Positions 46,579 to 59,919 of a stretch of DNA of 64,000 nt are shown here, in pieces. This DNA comes from Camelus dromedarius. Taxonomy: Eukaryota. Under the pieces are notes generated by a model, which made no database searches, had not been told where the DNA came from, and saw nothing but the letters and a program-made list of their open reading frames with translations. The stretch is taken from assembly GCF_036321535.1 (NCBI RefSeq), contig NC_087451.1:41540001-41604000 (forward strand), given 5' to 3'. The position numbers and the translations under genes were made by a program. How positions within the stretch are numbered: position 1 is the first letter of the stretch; each line of letters starts with the position of its first letter.

Positions 46579-49500
46579 AGGGGATTTAGCAGTCACAGAA
46601 CTCCTGTCATGTCTGGGGATTTTGCTGGGAGCTCTGGTTTTCTCATTTAATCCTCAAAGAGCTCTAGGAGGGAGGCACTATAATCATGGTCATTTCACAA
46701 ATGAGGGAGGTGGGACTTAGGGCAGAAGGTAGTTGTAGACCTCAGGGCTGTAGATCTGGGATCCAAACCCACAGCTGGAACTGGGCCCAGGGTGAAGGCT
46801 GAATTTCAATGGAAGCAAGATCACAGGCAACTTGAGTTTGAATCTATGGACCCTTTAAATCCTCATCTGTGAACAGGATCAGAAGGAGAGCCTGGGGATG
46901 GGGTGACCCTGCAGATGGAGGCTGAGCAGTCCCATTGTGGGATGGGGGAGTGCTGGAGGGGCAGAGAGATGGGCAGGACTTTGAGGCCTGTGGGGTCTAT
47001 TTCGCAGTGGTTGGTACAAGATCTAAACATCAAGATTTGTTAACCCATCTGCCAGCTCAGCACGGGTTCCCAGAGTAGCAGCTCCCAGGCAACAAGGAAT
47101 GAGCAGGAGACAGTTGTGGAGGCTAGTGGAAGGGGACACTTTGGCCTCTACGGACAGTGCACTTGAACCTGTCCAGTCTCTCTCCCACCACCTACTTCCT
47201 GGTCCTCCTTCCTCCTTCCCTCCAACCTGCAGCCACCTCCCCAATCACTCTTACTTCTCTCACCAACACTCTGTACCTTTATCTTCCGAAATCACTCCCT
47301 TCTTCCTCCTACTGGCATCCGAGGCCCAGTGAGGTGCCTCACCGGCCTGGAGACACACAGCCAGTCCACTGCCAGGACCTGTCTCCAAGCATCCTGAGAC
47401 CCTGTTCCCCACCCCATCGTCCTAGTCAGTTGCCTCATCCTGGGGCTGGAGTCAAGGCCTGTCTTCTTTTTCCTCCTCCACAGGGGAGGTGGTACAGCCT
47501 TATAAAATGACAATGTTTGTCTTCTCAGTTATAGGCAAGAGCACTGACTGGCTTTTATAGAAACTTCACAGCTCAGGGGAATGCGCCCTATCTTCAATCT
47601 CCCCAAGCTGTGAAACCAAAACACAGAAACAAAGGCCCTTCCTCAGAGGCCCTTAATCTCCGGGCCAATCATGGTCAAGGAGCCCTCTCTCCCTGATCAC
47701 ACCTGCCAGACTCAGGTTTAAAGCTGAGGGCACAGCAGACAAAGAGGGCAGCAGAGCAGGTGAAGACAGAGTGATTGTGTTGCCTGTTCAGTCCTGCGGT
47801 CCCAGCCAGCTGGGAGGGGTGAGGGGTTCTGTTTCACTGTACTTGGCACAAGGTCTACACATCAAGACTTGTTAATTCACCTGCCAGCTCAGCATGGGGC
47901 TCCAGGGCCAGGGGCACCTGTGCTAGGAGGAGGGAGCGGGAGACAGTGGTGGTGGTGGAGGGCCACATTGCAGAATAACAGAGGGGTAAACACCAGCTTT
48001 AGCATCAGAGGATACCCTCCCCGCTCCCTTTTCCCCTGATGAAGGTGGGGCTTAGGGGTGGAGGGTAGAGACACTGTGGTCTCAGCCTCCCTTCATGAGA
48101 ACAGACCCCAAACCCTGGCTCTCCCACCCTGCTGCCTGCCCTGTGATCGGGCAAGCTATTCCCAGGAGTCCCCTGGGATTTCCCAAATGAGCACATGGGC
48201 CTCCTAGTTTGGGTTAGGCGGTCTGCTCTGGTATTTGCAGTGAATGAGGATGTCACAAATTGGAGATCCAACTTTGGTGCTGAGTAACTCCCAGTCTTGA
48301 TGATCGTCATCTGTCACCCTCATTAACAGGTGCTTCCTGGTCTCATGCAGCTGCATGTGACAAATATGGCAGGTACATCCACCCAAAACCCTGGGCGAGG
48401 AGCTTCCCGTGGGGCTGGAGGATAGGGCGAGGCAAGACTTCCGCTGAAAGAGTTCCCACCCAGCCCTGCTGTCCCTCTCGGCCGGCACCTGTGCTTAGAA
48501 GAACGTGTAGCGAGGCGCTGTGGCCAAGGAGTCAACACTGGACTTTGGTATTGGATGAACTGGGTTCAAATCTTGGCTCTGCCACTTCCTGCGGGTAACC
48601 TGATCTCTCTGAGCTGCCATGTCCCTATCTGTAGGAAGGTGAGATGAGAACAGTTTCACAGCTTCCAGCAGATCAAGTGAAGTCAAGCTGTAAAGCCCCT
48701 AGTACACAGAGCCATCTGCACATGGTATTACCAAGATGTCGCATGGGGCAGAGCACAGAGAGTGTTGGACAAATGCTGCCTCATGAGAATGAGAAAATTC
48801 TAGGCTGGCAGCACCTTTTCTGACAACCAGGGAAGCATCTCCCTCTATCATTATTCTTGGAAAGACCCTTGGAGCATCTCTGGAAGTTCGAGGTACCTCA
48901 CCTCCCAGAGGAGAAAGGGAGAAAGGAAAGGGTGCTGCTTCATGCACTCAGGAACCCGGGCTCCCAGCAGGCCCCCAGCAGTAGCAAGGGTGGTCTGCTG
49001 ATGTGCCCAGGGCGGACATGGATGTTCCCTTGGAGGAGCTGGAAACTACCGAGTTCCTCTCACACAGACTCTGTAATGATGTCTGGAGCAGATGGCAAGG
49101 GTGGGTGTTCTCAGCTGGGCTGAGAGAGCCTCATTTGCCTGGAAATTCCCTCCAGTCCTAGGGAATCCCTTCCAGATGTTCTCACCCACAGCCTGGTTGA
49201 ACAAGAGCAGTGAGAAGCTGAAGAGTCAGAGCTGGAAAGCTGAGCCAGCCTTATATATAGACAAAGAAGGCAGCCACCCATAAGGCCAGACCAGTGGCCC
49301 TACTGCTCTCAAGTACCTGCCTATCACCACTTATACCAATTCAGGACTCCACTATTAGATAGCCATTCCTTTGGATAAGTCATTCCATCTCTGGGAGTTC
49401 TCTTTCACACTTTAATCTCCCTGCAAGTGGTAACACATACACCCTTGCCTCTCAAACTATATTCCAGTGACACTGGGCATCACTTGTTAGGCTCTCATCA

Positions 49501-51889
49501 CTTGTTAACTGCTGAATGAGACTATTTTTAAGGGATGCTACACTAAATCATTGCCCCTTAACTTTCTAGAATGCAAGCTCCCAGAGGGCAGGGGGTTTTG
49601 TTTGTTTTGTTCACTACCATATCATCAGTGCCCAAAGAGTTCCTGGCACAAAGCTCATTAAAAACCTTTTGAATAAGTGAATTAACACTGTTTAGAGCCT
49701 AGTTCCCCATAGCCCTGAGAGAAAGGTACACAGGATAGGTAAGTTTTGCTGGGAGAGGAAGGAAGAGGCATTAAAAGGGGATAGTACAAGGGAATAGGCA
49801 CTCTGAGGAGAGGAGGGATGGAAAGGAGGAGAGGGCGGGTCAAAAGTGTGGTGGCCCCAAAATAAGCTTGCTAATTTCTCCTAGAACCAGTGGGAAAACA
49901 GGGCTTGGGAGGAAATGCGGCAAAGCCCTTCTCCCCCTTGAGGTCCTCCTCCTCTGCCTCCACCTCAGTCCGACCCCTCTGGGGCACCTCCCCAAGCGGC
50001 CTCAGCATTCAGGAGCCCCCCCCTCACGATCCCTGAGCCCTTCAGTGCCTGCTGAGTATGCCGTACATTACTCTCTTCCTGTGAGGGTTTGTTTGGACCC
50101 TCTGCCCCTCTGTGCAGGCTGCTCCCTCCGTGTCCCCATGAGATGCCTTGGCCAATGCAGGTGGGTCCTTGGAGGTGGCAGCTCCTAGTACTGATCATCT
50201 TGTGATTGCCAAGCAAATACTTCCATCCCCAGTTGGGGTAACTAAGGCCCAATGAGATAAAGCAACATGGCCAAGTTCATTCAGGTGGGAATGGCAGCCT
50301 AATGCCCAGGGCTCTGCCTCTTGGATTGGTGGTCCCTCTGTCCCACCTTTGGACAGCTCAGGTGTCCCTCCTTTGGGTACCCTAGCTCTTGTGCCTGGTG
50401 ACTAGTAGGTGGGATAATTATGGAACAAGTGAGTGAGAAGCTAAGAGCTCCTACTGGGAGACAAAGGAATGACAAGGGTGTAAAAGCCACTGTAGATCCA
50501 ACTCTTTCTCATGCCAGGCACTGAGCTAAGCATTATGCACAGGCTATTTCTTTGAACTCTTAGAGCAACCCTATAGGGGAGGCACTATTGTTAGCCCCAT
50601 TTATAGATGAAGAAACCAAGGCACAGGGTGAACCTTAATCTTGCTGGGGCTGCCCAAAACTCTAAAGCCCCTGGTCCTCACCAGGATGCTAGGCTGCCCT
50701 CTTTCTTGGCAAACCCTTTTCTTTGAAAGAGGCTACTGCTGCCCACATGACTCTGGCACAGGCTCTGAGCCAGATGAGTTTTTAATTCACTTTGATGGCA
50801 AGCAGAGTGTGTCCCCACTGGCTCATCCCGGAACCTGAGACTTCAAGGAATTCTTTCTGAATCCTGCTGGCAACCTGGGATGCTCCAGGTCCCCAGATTC
50901 GCTCCCAGTGGCAGCTGCTATTCAAATACTAACTCTTCTGCAGGGCTTCATGGACCCTTCAGCCTAAAATAGCACCCCATCCACTCTGCCCCTCTCCGTC
51001 CTCTTTTCCTGCTTTGTTTTTTTCCATAACATAAAGCATTGCCTGACCCTATTGTACAGCTGTGAGTTGTGTTTGCTTTTTAACTATCTCCCCATTGGCA
51101 CGTGACCTCTTTGTGGACAGGGACATCGGCTAGTTTCCTGCTCTCTGTGGATCCTGGCACACAGTAGGTTATCAGTACATATCAACTGAATAAATGAATC
51201 CTCAAAATGTGATACATAAACAGCCCTTGTCTAAATCAGTAGGATTTTGTAGTGATCCTGTGAGAGATGTGCCTCTAGGAATTTGTTAATAAGAGTAAAG
51301 AGCCAACATTTGCCAGAGGTTTACTTTAAAGAAATCCTAGTGATCGTTTGTTCACCCATGGAACAATTACTGAGCACTTCCATGTGCCAAGCAGCATGTT
51401 GGGTTCTGGGCATGCATCTGTGAACTGGCCACACCCTCCAACCCATCCCAAGGGTTGTGTTTTAGGGGGAGATGGACATTAAATAATCCCCACAAAAAAA
51501 ATATTCAAACTGCACTGTAATAGTGCTGGAGCTGATGGAGCATGGATTTGAGGATTTCCCCCCCCCCAAATGTCACTCGAATTTGTCTGCATTCTTGTGG
51601 GTCTTCCTAAGTGGCAGAGAGGGGGCTGGAGCAGCGCTGGCATGGTCCCTTTACTTCTAGGCCATAGGACCCAGAGCTAGGAATGCCCAAGTGGTGGGTT
51701 TAGCGGGGACAACTTCCATTATGAGTGCTGAGGGGAAGACTTTCTCCAGGGAATGCTGGGGCTCTGCTTCCCTGGCTCCTCCCTCCTCTCTGGACCAGCC
51801 TCCCTAGCTTCTGCCAGAAGCTGCTCCAGGCTGGATTTACTGGATTACTGGGTCATGGTTCTGGAGATGTCAGTGCCCCGTTGGTCACA

Positions 51890-52022
51890 CAAAAACCCAC
51901 TTGAGGAACCTGTTAAACACCCAGAGATGCTGATTTAGTAGGTTTGTGGGGGACCCAGGAATCTGTAGTTTATTTTAAAAATCCCAAGTGATGCTGATAT
52001 TCAGTGAAATTTGGAAATCACC
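51890..52022. mobile_element. MER5-like hAT MITE fragment
   Basis: gatgctgatttagtaggtttgtgggggacccaggaatctgtagtttattttaaaaatcccaagtgatgctgat. Confidence 0.65.
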
Positions 52023-53019
52023 CAAGTCCAAAACTTTGAGTCAAAGATCAGAGAAACCAAGACTCAAAGAGGCTACGTTACTTGTCCAAGGTCACACAGC
52101 TAATAAACTGAAAGCAAATATTTGGAGGCTACTCGTCCCCGCCCTCATGACACCCTTCCCATGCTGCAGACATAGGGCACAGACACACACACACACACAC
52201 ACCCCACACATCCCCTCCAGAACTGAGTCTCTCTAGGCCCCCGTCTTGGGGCCTGACTAAAATCTGGTCCCTTTACTTCTAGGCCACAGGACCCAAAGTC
52301 TGAGCCAGAGTAGTCCCTGTGGAGCAGGGAAAGGACCAAGGTTTCTTGGTGAAAGGTATCACCCTTCAGCGGCCAGAGCATGGCATCATTCTGCTGCCGA
52401 GTCAGAGCCCAAGTCACACACCAATCAGTGATGAAACCTGAGCTGCCCCTCCCTGACCCCAGCTGTCCTGGGAGGCTCCAGTGGCCTGGCCCCTCAGCCA
52501 CCCTCCCCAAGATTCAGGTGTCACGCAACTGGGCCCCAAGCCAGGATTCTGGTTCCCAGACTCCCTCTTCCTCTCTCTGAAGCCTGTGGGAATCCCAGGA
52601 GATTTCAATTCTCTCCGTTGGAAATGGCTGCAAGGCTTGGGAGGGCAGAGGGAGGGTGCTGAGGCAGTGGGGCCTCCTTCTGGGCCCCAAGAGAACTCTC
52701 CCTCTGCCAGCAAGCCCCAGTGGACAGGCCAGGTTTTCCAGGTCCTGCCACTCTGGACTGCTGCCTCCAGGCCCTTCACTGCCAGCCCTGTGCCCTAGTG
52801 CCCCTCCCACCTTTGCCCTTGTCTTCATTCTCCTTGACATACTTGCTGACAGTCACCCCTTCCTAATAACTACAGTCCTGAAGTTTCTAGTATCCAGGGG
52901 AATTCTGAGAGACAGTCCTTCTGCTTCTCTAGATTGTGACCGTACCTCCTCCTCACTGGCAGTGGGGGTTGAGGGGGTGCAGCAGAGACAGAAAGGTGGG
53001 CTATAAAATTCTGGGACTC

Positions 53020-53725
53020 ACACTAAAAAGAATAACTAGAACAACAACAACAACAACAATAATAACCTGACAATACCAAGGCCTGGCTGAGTGAGGCAAC
53101 TGGAATTTACATGCATTGCTTTTTTGGGAGCACAAAATGGTACAGCCACTTTTGAAAACAACTTCTCAGTTTCCTATGAAGTTAAACATACATTCCTCAT
53201 ACAACTCAGCAATGCAACTCATAGGTATTTACCCAAGAGAAATGAAAACTAAATACATACAAAAACCTTTGCATGAATATTTACAGAGACTTAATTCACA
53301 ATCATCAAAAATAGGAAGCACTCCCAGATGTCTTTCAACTGGTAAATGGATAAACAAATTGGCATATTGGTGCAATGGAATACTACTCAGTAGTNNNNNN
53401 NNNNNNNNNNNNNNNNNNNNNNNNNNNNNNNNNNNNNNNNNNNNNNNNNNNNNNNNNNNNNNNNNNNNNNNNNNNNNNNNNNNNNNNNNNNNNNNNNNNN
53501 NNNNNNNNNNNNNNNNNNNNNNNNNNNNNNNNNNNNNNNNNNNNNNTGTCTGGGCTGAAGAAGGGTTGACTACCAAGGGGCAGGTAGGAATTTTAGGGGT
53601 GATGGAAATATTCTATATCATGATTGTGGTGGTGATTACATGACTGTGTACATTTATCAAAACTCAAAGATATGTATACTATAAAGGCTGAATTTTACTG
53701 GATGTAAATTATAGTGTAGTTTTAA
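53020..53725 (+). mobile_element. L1 ORF2-end/3'UTR fragment containing N gap 53395-53546
   Basis: The ORF WEHKMVQPLLKTTSQFPMKLNIHSSYNSAMQLIGIYPREMKT is an L1 ORF2 C-terminus; the 3'UTR motif gtggtggtgattacatgactgtgtacatttatcaaaactca follows. Confidence 0.88.
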
Positions 53726-53809
53726 AAAAAAGCCTCTCTCACCTCCCCAACCTGCCCTCCACAGGAACTTTCTGCTACATCCCTGAGGCTTCAGGGCAAA
53801 AACCACAAA

Positions 53810-54075
53810 ACTAAACCATGACTAAATGTAGCATGGGATCCAAGATTGGCTCCTCAAACATAAAGAAGGATATTAATGGAAAACCTGATGAAATCCAAAT
53901 AAAGTCTGGTGTTTAATTAATAGTAGTGTACCAATGTCATTTCTTAGTAGCGACAAATGTACCATGGTAATGGAAGGTGTAAATATTAGGGGAAATTGAG
54001 TGAGGGGTATAATGGAACTGCCTGTGTTATCCTTGCAACTTTTCTGTAAATCTAAAATTCTTCACAAATAATTGG
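53810..54075 (+). mobile_element. L1MC/L1MD-like 3'UTR fragment
   Basis: gaaatccaaataaagtctgg..tgtaccaatgtcatttcttagt..acaaatgtaccatggtaatg..ttgcaacttttctgtaaatctaaaattc. Confidence 0.8.
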
Positions 54076-54129
54076 ATAATATAAATAACATATGTTATGC
54101 ATATGTAATTTTAAAATATTTCTGGAATA

Positions 54130-54725
54130 ATCTCTTTGCATAGAGAAATGAAGACAAGCTCACACAAAAACCTGTACATAAATGTTTATAGCAACTTTAA
54201 TTATAATAGTCCCAAACTGGAAACCACTTGGTTGTCTTTCAAAGGGGGAATGGTTAAATAAACTGTAGCATATCCTANNNNNNNNNNNNNNNNNNNNNNN
54301 NNNNNNNNNNNNNNNNNNNNNNNNNNNNNNNNNNNNNNNNNNNNNNNNNNNNNNNNNNNNNNNNNNNNNNNNNNNNNNNNNNNNNNNNNNNNNNNNNNNN
54401 NNNNNNNNNNNNNNNNNNNNNNNNNNNNNNNNNNNNNNNNNNNNNNNNNNNNNNNNNNGCCACCCATTAAACAGAGGGTAGGTGGAGAGGGAAGTAAGTG
54501 TGGTTATGAAGTGACAACATGAAGGTCCTTGTGGTGATGGAAATGTTCTGTGTCTTGACTGCAGCAATGTCAGTCTCCTGGTTATGAGATTCTAGTATAG
54601 CTTTGCAAGATGTTACCACTGGGAAGAACTGAGTAAAGGGCACATGGGATTTCTCTGTATTTGTTCTTACAACTGCATGTGTAGCTACAATTATCTCAAA
54701 ATTTAAAAGTGTAAATAAATAAATT
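54130..54725 (+). mobile_element. L1 3' fragment containing N gap 54278-54458
   Basis: agagaaatgaagacaagctcacacaaaaacctgtacataaatgtttatagcaactttaattataatag...gatccttgtggtgatggaaatgttctgtgtcttgact-like segment...ttcttacaactgcatgtgtagctacaattatctcaaaa. Confidence 0.85.
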
Positions 54726-57700
54726 TAAACTTGGGAGAGGGAGAAAAAAGGAAAAACGATGCTGCTTCTCCAAGATGAAATAAGAATGGCCAAGGCTTCT
54801 AGACAGGCACCGGGACTCACCTAGAACAGACTTGTTGAATTGGGAGAATGGTCAGCTTCCTCATTTTGCATCCAGTCTCTTCCTGTCTCCAATACAGCCT
54901 CAAGCAAGTCCTCTCAAGCCCTCTGCCTCCTTTCTCCTGCCAAAATGGGAAAAAGCTAATAAAGGCTCTAGTACTAAATCATAGATAATTGTTCAGAGAG
55001 TGAGGGCCTGCTCACAAGAGGGTGTGCATTTTAATGGGAACAAGCCCTATTAAGCTAAAAAGTGAATCTCCGATAGTGAAAATGCTGACGCAACACACAG
55101 AGGAGGGAAGACGTTTATGACAGTTGGAGGAAGGAAGGAACTCAGGAAAACCTGTCAAGTTTGTCAGCTGGGCTCATTCATCAGGCTAACTGTGCCCAGC
55201 GAGCAGAAAGCAGAGACCTAAGCACCTGGGTGGGGGACAGAGGGTGGCGGAATGTAAATTTCAGGAGTGGCGCTTCAGTATTGGATAAGAGTGGTTAGAA
55301 GCAGAGAGAACTGGGATGTGAAAAATAAAAGACATTTATTAATTTGCCCAGAACCTTTCATCCCCGTTTTTCTAGACGAAGCACTGCCCATTTGGACTCT
55401 AGTTAGGGGCTCTGAATGGGAGTGGCCATCTTGCTAAAAATGACTGGCCTGCATGTGATCACCTGGTCCAAGCCAGGCTCTTCATGCTACTTTTCTACCT
55501 CTGGATCCCAAAGATTGATCTGGAAGGTGATGGGTAACCCAAGCCTGGCCAAGTGGAACCTTTCCTTGTTTGTGCATTAGTAACTAAAATTGGAGAAAAG
55601 AGTTTCGGTCCTCAGTGGGGAATTAAGCCTTGGAACAGCAGCATGGGAGAAGGTGTCTGAGCAGGAGGGGACACCCAGAGAATCAGAGATAAAACAGTAG
55701 AGTGAGGCCTGGTGACCTCAGAGGCCCTGGTTCTAGTCATCCCTGAGGCTGGCTGCATTCCTGCCCAGCCAGTGGTTTGGCTACTTGAGCCGTTAAGTAT
55801 CCTCACTCCCCTTTTCCAGAAGCTGGAGGAAAGCTGGGTCTGTACCAGAGGGAGGAAGAGGCTTATGTGGCTGTGCAGCTGGTTCCCCATCAGAAAGTTC
55901 TCTCCCATGCAATGAGCTCTGGCAAAAAAGAAAAAAAAAGTCATTAGGGCTGTCCTGAGGCTCTGAAAGCTGCACTCTGGAGAAGAAGATGCAGTGGAGG
56001 CCATAACGTAGGGATGTACTGAGTACCAGAGAGCACACCCTACAGAGTACGTATTATTAGTCCACTTACAAACGAGGAAGCTGAGGCTCATGGAAGTAAA
56101 GTAAGTTGCTCAAGGTAACACCATAGTAAGAAGCAAAGCCAGGGTGGGGACTTAATTATTTCTGACTTCCAAGCTAGTTTCTTTCCAGTTTGCCACCTTA
56201 TTCTCCAGGAGCACAAAGATTTCTCTCTAAGCAAGCCTCACTTGCTTAGATTAAGCTTTTTACTGACATCTTAGTTACTCTGGACCTCAAAACCAAAGGG
56301 GTCCTGGTAGCCCAGAAGCCTTGGTGGGTAAGATTTGGTATCAGATGGATGTCAGGCAATGTCCAGGCTGGATATGGGACCCTGGGAAAGTTACTTAGCC
56401 TCCCTGAACCTCAGTTTCCCCATCTTCCATTTGAGTGAATAGTAGTAGCGACCTCCTAGGGTTGTCACGCGGGTTAAATGCGACAGTGAATGGAAGGTGC
56501 CAGCATTTAGCGAGTGCTCTGGCAGAGCTCAGGGAGCAACCTCTGATTGTTACGAAAGAGAAACCCAGGGCCAGACATCTCCTGTCACCATGTCAGCCGT
56601 CTGACGTCCCCATTCCCCCAGGCTCTGACCTCCTTCCTCCTCCTAAGCTCAGCCTTGCCCAGGCCATTCTTGTCTAAACTTTCCCAAATGTCACTCTTTA
56701 GTTTTTTTTCTTTTTTATGCTCTGTGTCTTTATCTAGGTGACATTTTTCTTTCCTTCCACAGGGACTGTTATGAGAACAGGAGTGAACAGGGCCTCTGGT
56801 CAGGCTTCCCCAAAGAGCAGGAGGAGGTTTTGGCCTAAAGGCACCCAGAGGGAGTCCCCGGGGTGGGGTGGGGGGGCTGAGCTGAGGGAAGGCTGTGGGC
56901 AGCTCTGCAGCAAAGTCAAAGGGCAGGTCTCCCTCCCTAGGAAAAACTCCACTGATGGGATCTTAATGTGATGAGTCAGTGAAATCCAGCTCTGGAATTT
57001 TGACAAAACAGGCTTTCCATGTAAGAACTTGGGGAGCAGATTAAGATGCTTTCTAGTACTTTCTGTCCACACGTGACTGTGCTGACTGGCTCAGTCGGAT
57101 CAATCCTAGCATCCCCTGGCTGGGTGAAGAGACCCGCATACAGAGCCGGCAGCAATGGGTCCCACCCTAGCCAGGTACCTCGGCCCTGCATTGCTGTGGT
57201 TTGTGGACTCCCCTGTCTTTTCAAGGGGTGTGCGGATTGTCTCCATGGCACCTGGTGCCTGTGATACATCAGTTAGTGCCTCAGTGAAGGTTGAATGAAG
57301 TGACAGAGACCCCTGCTTTCTGGAAAAATGAAGAGTAGGACCTTCTGAGAGGAGGTCTGAGTTGATGGCAGACTCCTTGTGCCCTCCCTGTTCTCCAGGA
57401 ACTGGCCACCCTCAGGCCTGGACCCCAGCATGCTCCCAGCTTACTCCCCACTCCTGTGTTTAACTAATTGGAGCAAAGGAAGACATGTGACTGGAGCTAG
57501 CTAGTCAGATTTTTCTGCCAGGAATTTGACCCTTTTCCCTGAGTGAATAGCAGGTGAGAGGCGTAAATGGTGGCCCTTGGGTTTCTTACTCCCACTACCT
57601 GTCTGTCCATGGTGAGTCCACTGGGGGCTCCGCTTCTAGTCTTCAGCCCTGCCAAGGCCTGGAAAGACAAGGCAGCCCCTCTCTGGGAAACTGCCAGTTG

Positions 57701-57739
57701 GTTGGTCAGTGGGTTGTCATGACAGCAGGAAAGAAAAAC

Positions 57740-58130
57740 ATGGCCTTCCAGAAACAGATCCAGAAACAAAGAAGTGAGTCCAACGAGGTTTATCTGGAAG
57801 GTGCAAGGAACACTGGTATGGAGTGGGAAAATGCAATAGTGAAAGAAAGGCAGCTAATAAAGGGCGCATATTAAGCCAGCTACCACTGTGGGTGAATGAA
57901 CTTCATCCCGTGGAAGAATCCCAGGGAAGTGGTGAGGAACACACGCTAAGAGTGAGCCCACCAGAGGGACGGGAGGGCTAGGTATTTACATCTCAACTCC
58001 CCAGTCATAGATGAGGGGGTGATGGTGTATAATTTCCCGGCACTCTGGCCTGTTGTGCATGCAGGCAGACTGTCTTTTGTGGTCTAGAAAAAGTGCTCAG
58101 GCACAGAGACGCAGACACTGTAGGTAAAAT
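57740..58130 (-). mobile_element. ERVL LTR fragment (LTR33-like)
   Basis: cagctaataaagggcgcatattaagccagctaccactgtggg...ggtatttacatctcaactccccagtcat; homologous to the 26164 element. Confidence 0.55.
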
Positions 58131-58169
58131 AGGCCTGAAAGATCCAAGGGATGTGGGTGGGACACTGAT

Positions 58170-58345
58170 GGAGTCTGCCTCCATGGTGAGTCATACGCTG
58201 GCCCTTCAAGCCTCCACCTGAAAGTGATGATGTCATTTCCACACACATGTCATTGGCCAAAGCAAGTCACGTGGCCATGCAGAGCAACAAAGGCATGGAG
58301 GGTGCAGTCCCACCAGGTGCCTAGATGGCAAGACACCAGAATATG
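58170..58345 (-). mobile_element. MaLR LTR fragment (MLT1K/L-like)
   Basis: tgtcatttccacacacatgtcattggccaaagcaagtcacgtggccatgc. Confidence 0.6.
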
Positions 58346-59067
58346 GGTACAGGGTACACAGCCCATGGATGGCCACTGGGACCCAGTCTGGACTCACTGC
58401 TTCCACAGAAAGCATCTGGACTGACCCTGCCATGAGACACCCAAAATCTTGTCCATTGGCCACGTCTGCTCTCCTACTGGAACCACTCCAGCTCCTCCCC
58501 TCCCCCACCCCTCCTCTCCACCGCGGTCCATTTGGGTTTTTTCTCTCTATTCCTCTCCCTCTCTCTTCTCAGCAAAGTCATTTCCTGGTTGACCCTTAGC
58601 TCTGCCATCACAGATGCCCCAGGAGAATTTCTCAGCTGTTCTTGTCTACCTCTCAGTCCAAATAATGGAACAGTTTCCAATTTTCAAACTGCACAAGCAC
58701 CCACTCTTTCACCTCTTCACCTCAGGTGAAGGGCATCATCTTCCTCGTCTTCAACAGATGAGGAAACTGAGGCACAGAGGAAGTAAATAAACTGCTCAAG
58801 GGTCCATGGCTCTTGGCAGACCTAGGATTTGAAAGTCAGGTCTCCTGGCTCCTAGTCTAGCACTCAACCCTCCCCCACATGGCTTTTCTGAGGTTGGCTC
58901 CTGATGCCACCCTAGGGCCACCAATGCCGCCTCCCTCTTGCCATCCTAACTAACAAGCACCCTGTTACTTCACAACTTCTTGCCTTTGCTTGTGCTGTTC
59001 TCTCCTCCTTGAAAGCCCTCCTCCATCTCCACCAACCAGAGGGCAGCCTAGAACTTGTCCATCTCCC

Positions 59068-59401
59068 TCAGGCCACAAGTGCCAGAGCCCCTGGTTCTTC
59101 TCCCTGCAGGCTGGAAGGGCTAGCAGGTGAATCCCTTCCACCTGCGGATACAGCCACTCAGATGCCAGTTCTGTGGCTTATCGCCTAAATTGCAGCCTAA
59201 ACCTCCCTTCTTCCTGTCCGCGCACTCTGTTAGTTCAGGCCACAAGTGCCAGAGCCCCTGGTTCTTCTCCCTGCAGGCTGGAAGGGCTAGCAGGTGAATC
59301 CCTTCCACCTGCGGATACAGCCACTCAGATGCCAGTTCTGTGGCTTATCGCCTAAATTGCAGCCTAAACCTCCCTTCTTCCTGTCCGCGCACTCTGTTAG
59401 T
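59068..59401. repeat. Perfect 167-bp direct tandem duplication (59068-59234 and 59235-59401)
   Basis: The two copies are identical as read; TCA microhomology at the junction (59402-59404 repeats the first 3 nt). Confidence 0.95.
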
Positions 59402-59919
59402 TCAATGAAGCTCCGCGTGCCTGTGAACGTTGGCAGCTGGCAGTCAGCCCAAGGATCCAGAGTAGCTGGCTCATCCCTACTCCCTCTCTTGAGAGAGCAG
59501 CAACTAGAATCTTCCTGCCTAAAGCACCTTCCTTGGCTCTGCTCTGGGCAGCCCATGGCACTGGCCTGGGCCTCCCTGTGCTGGACCCAGTATGGATCCT
59601 CCGCCCCCACCTCAAGGCTCCAGCCTTCTGAAGACTATGCAGAGGGTCCAGGAGAGGGATGGGGGGTGGGCCTGAGTAAATATTTGAGAGTTGAGGAGAA
59701 ATTGGGTCTCTTGCTACCACTGCACAGTTCCCACCTTTTTTTCCTGCAGCCTCTGCCTTCTGGCTCCCTAGTTACACCAGAACCTACACTTCCTGGGGCG
59801 CCTGCATACAGGTTCTGTGCCACATACTTAACCTGCATTGTCTCCTAGCATCCTCAACACACAACCTCCATTCTATGGATGAGAAAATGGAGAATGAAAT
59901 AGATAAAGAATCAGAGAAA

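Noticed and set aside
47142-47162. ACGGACAGTGCA RE1 right half-site
   Set aside because: The left half (TTGGCCTCT) does not match TTCAGCACC.
48505-48530. GGCGCTGTGG resembling an RE1 right half-site
   Set aside because: No left half-site, and it lies at the start of a MIR.
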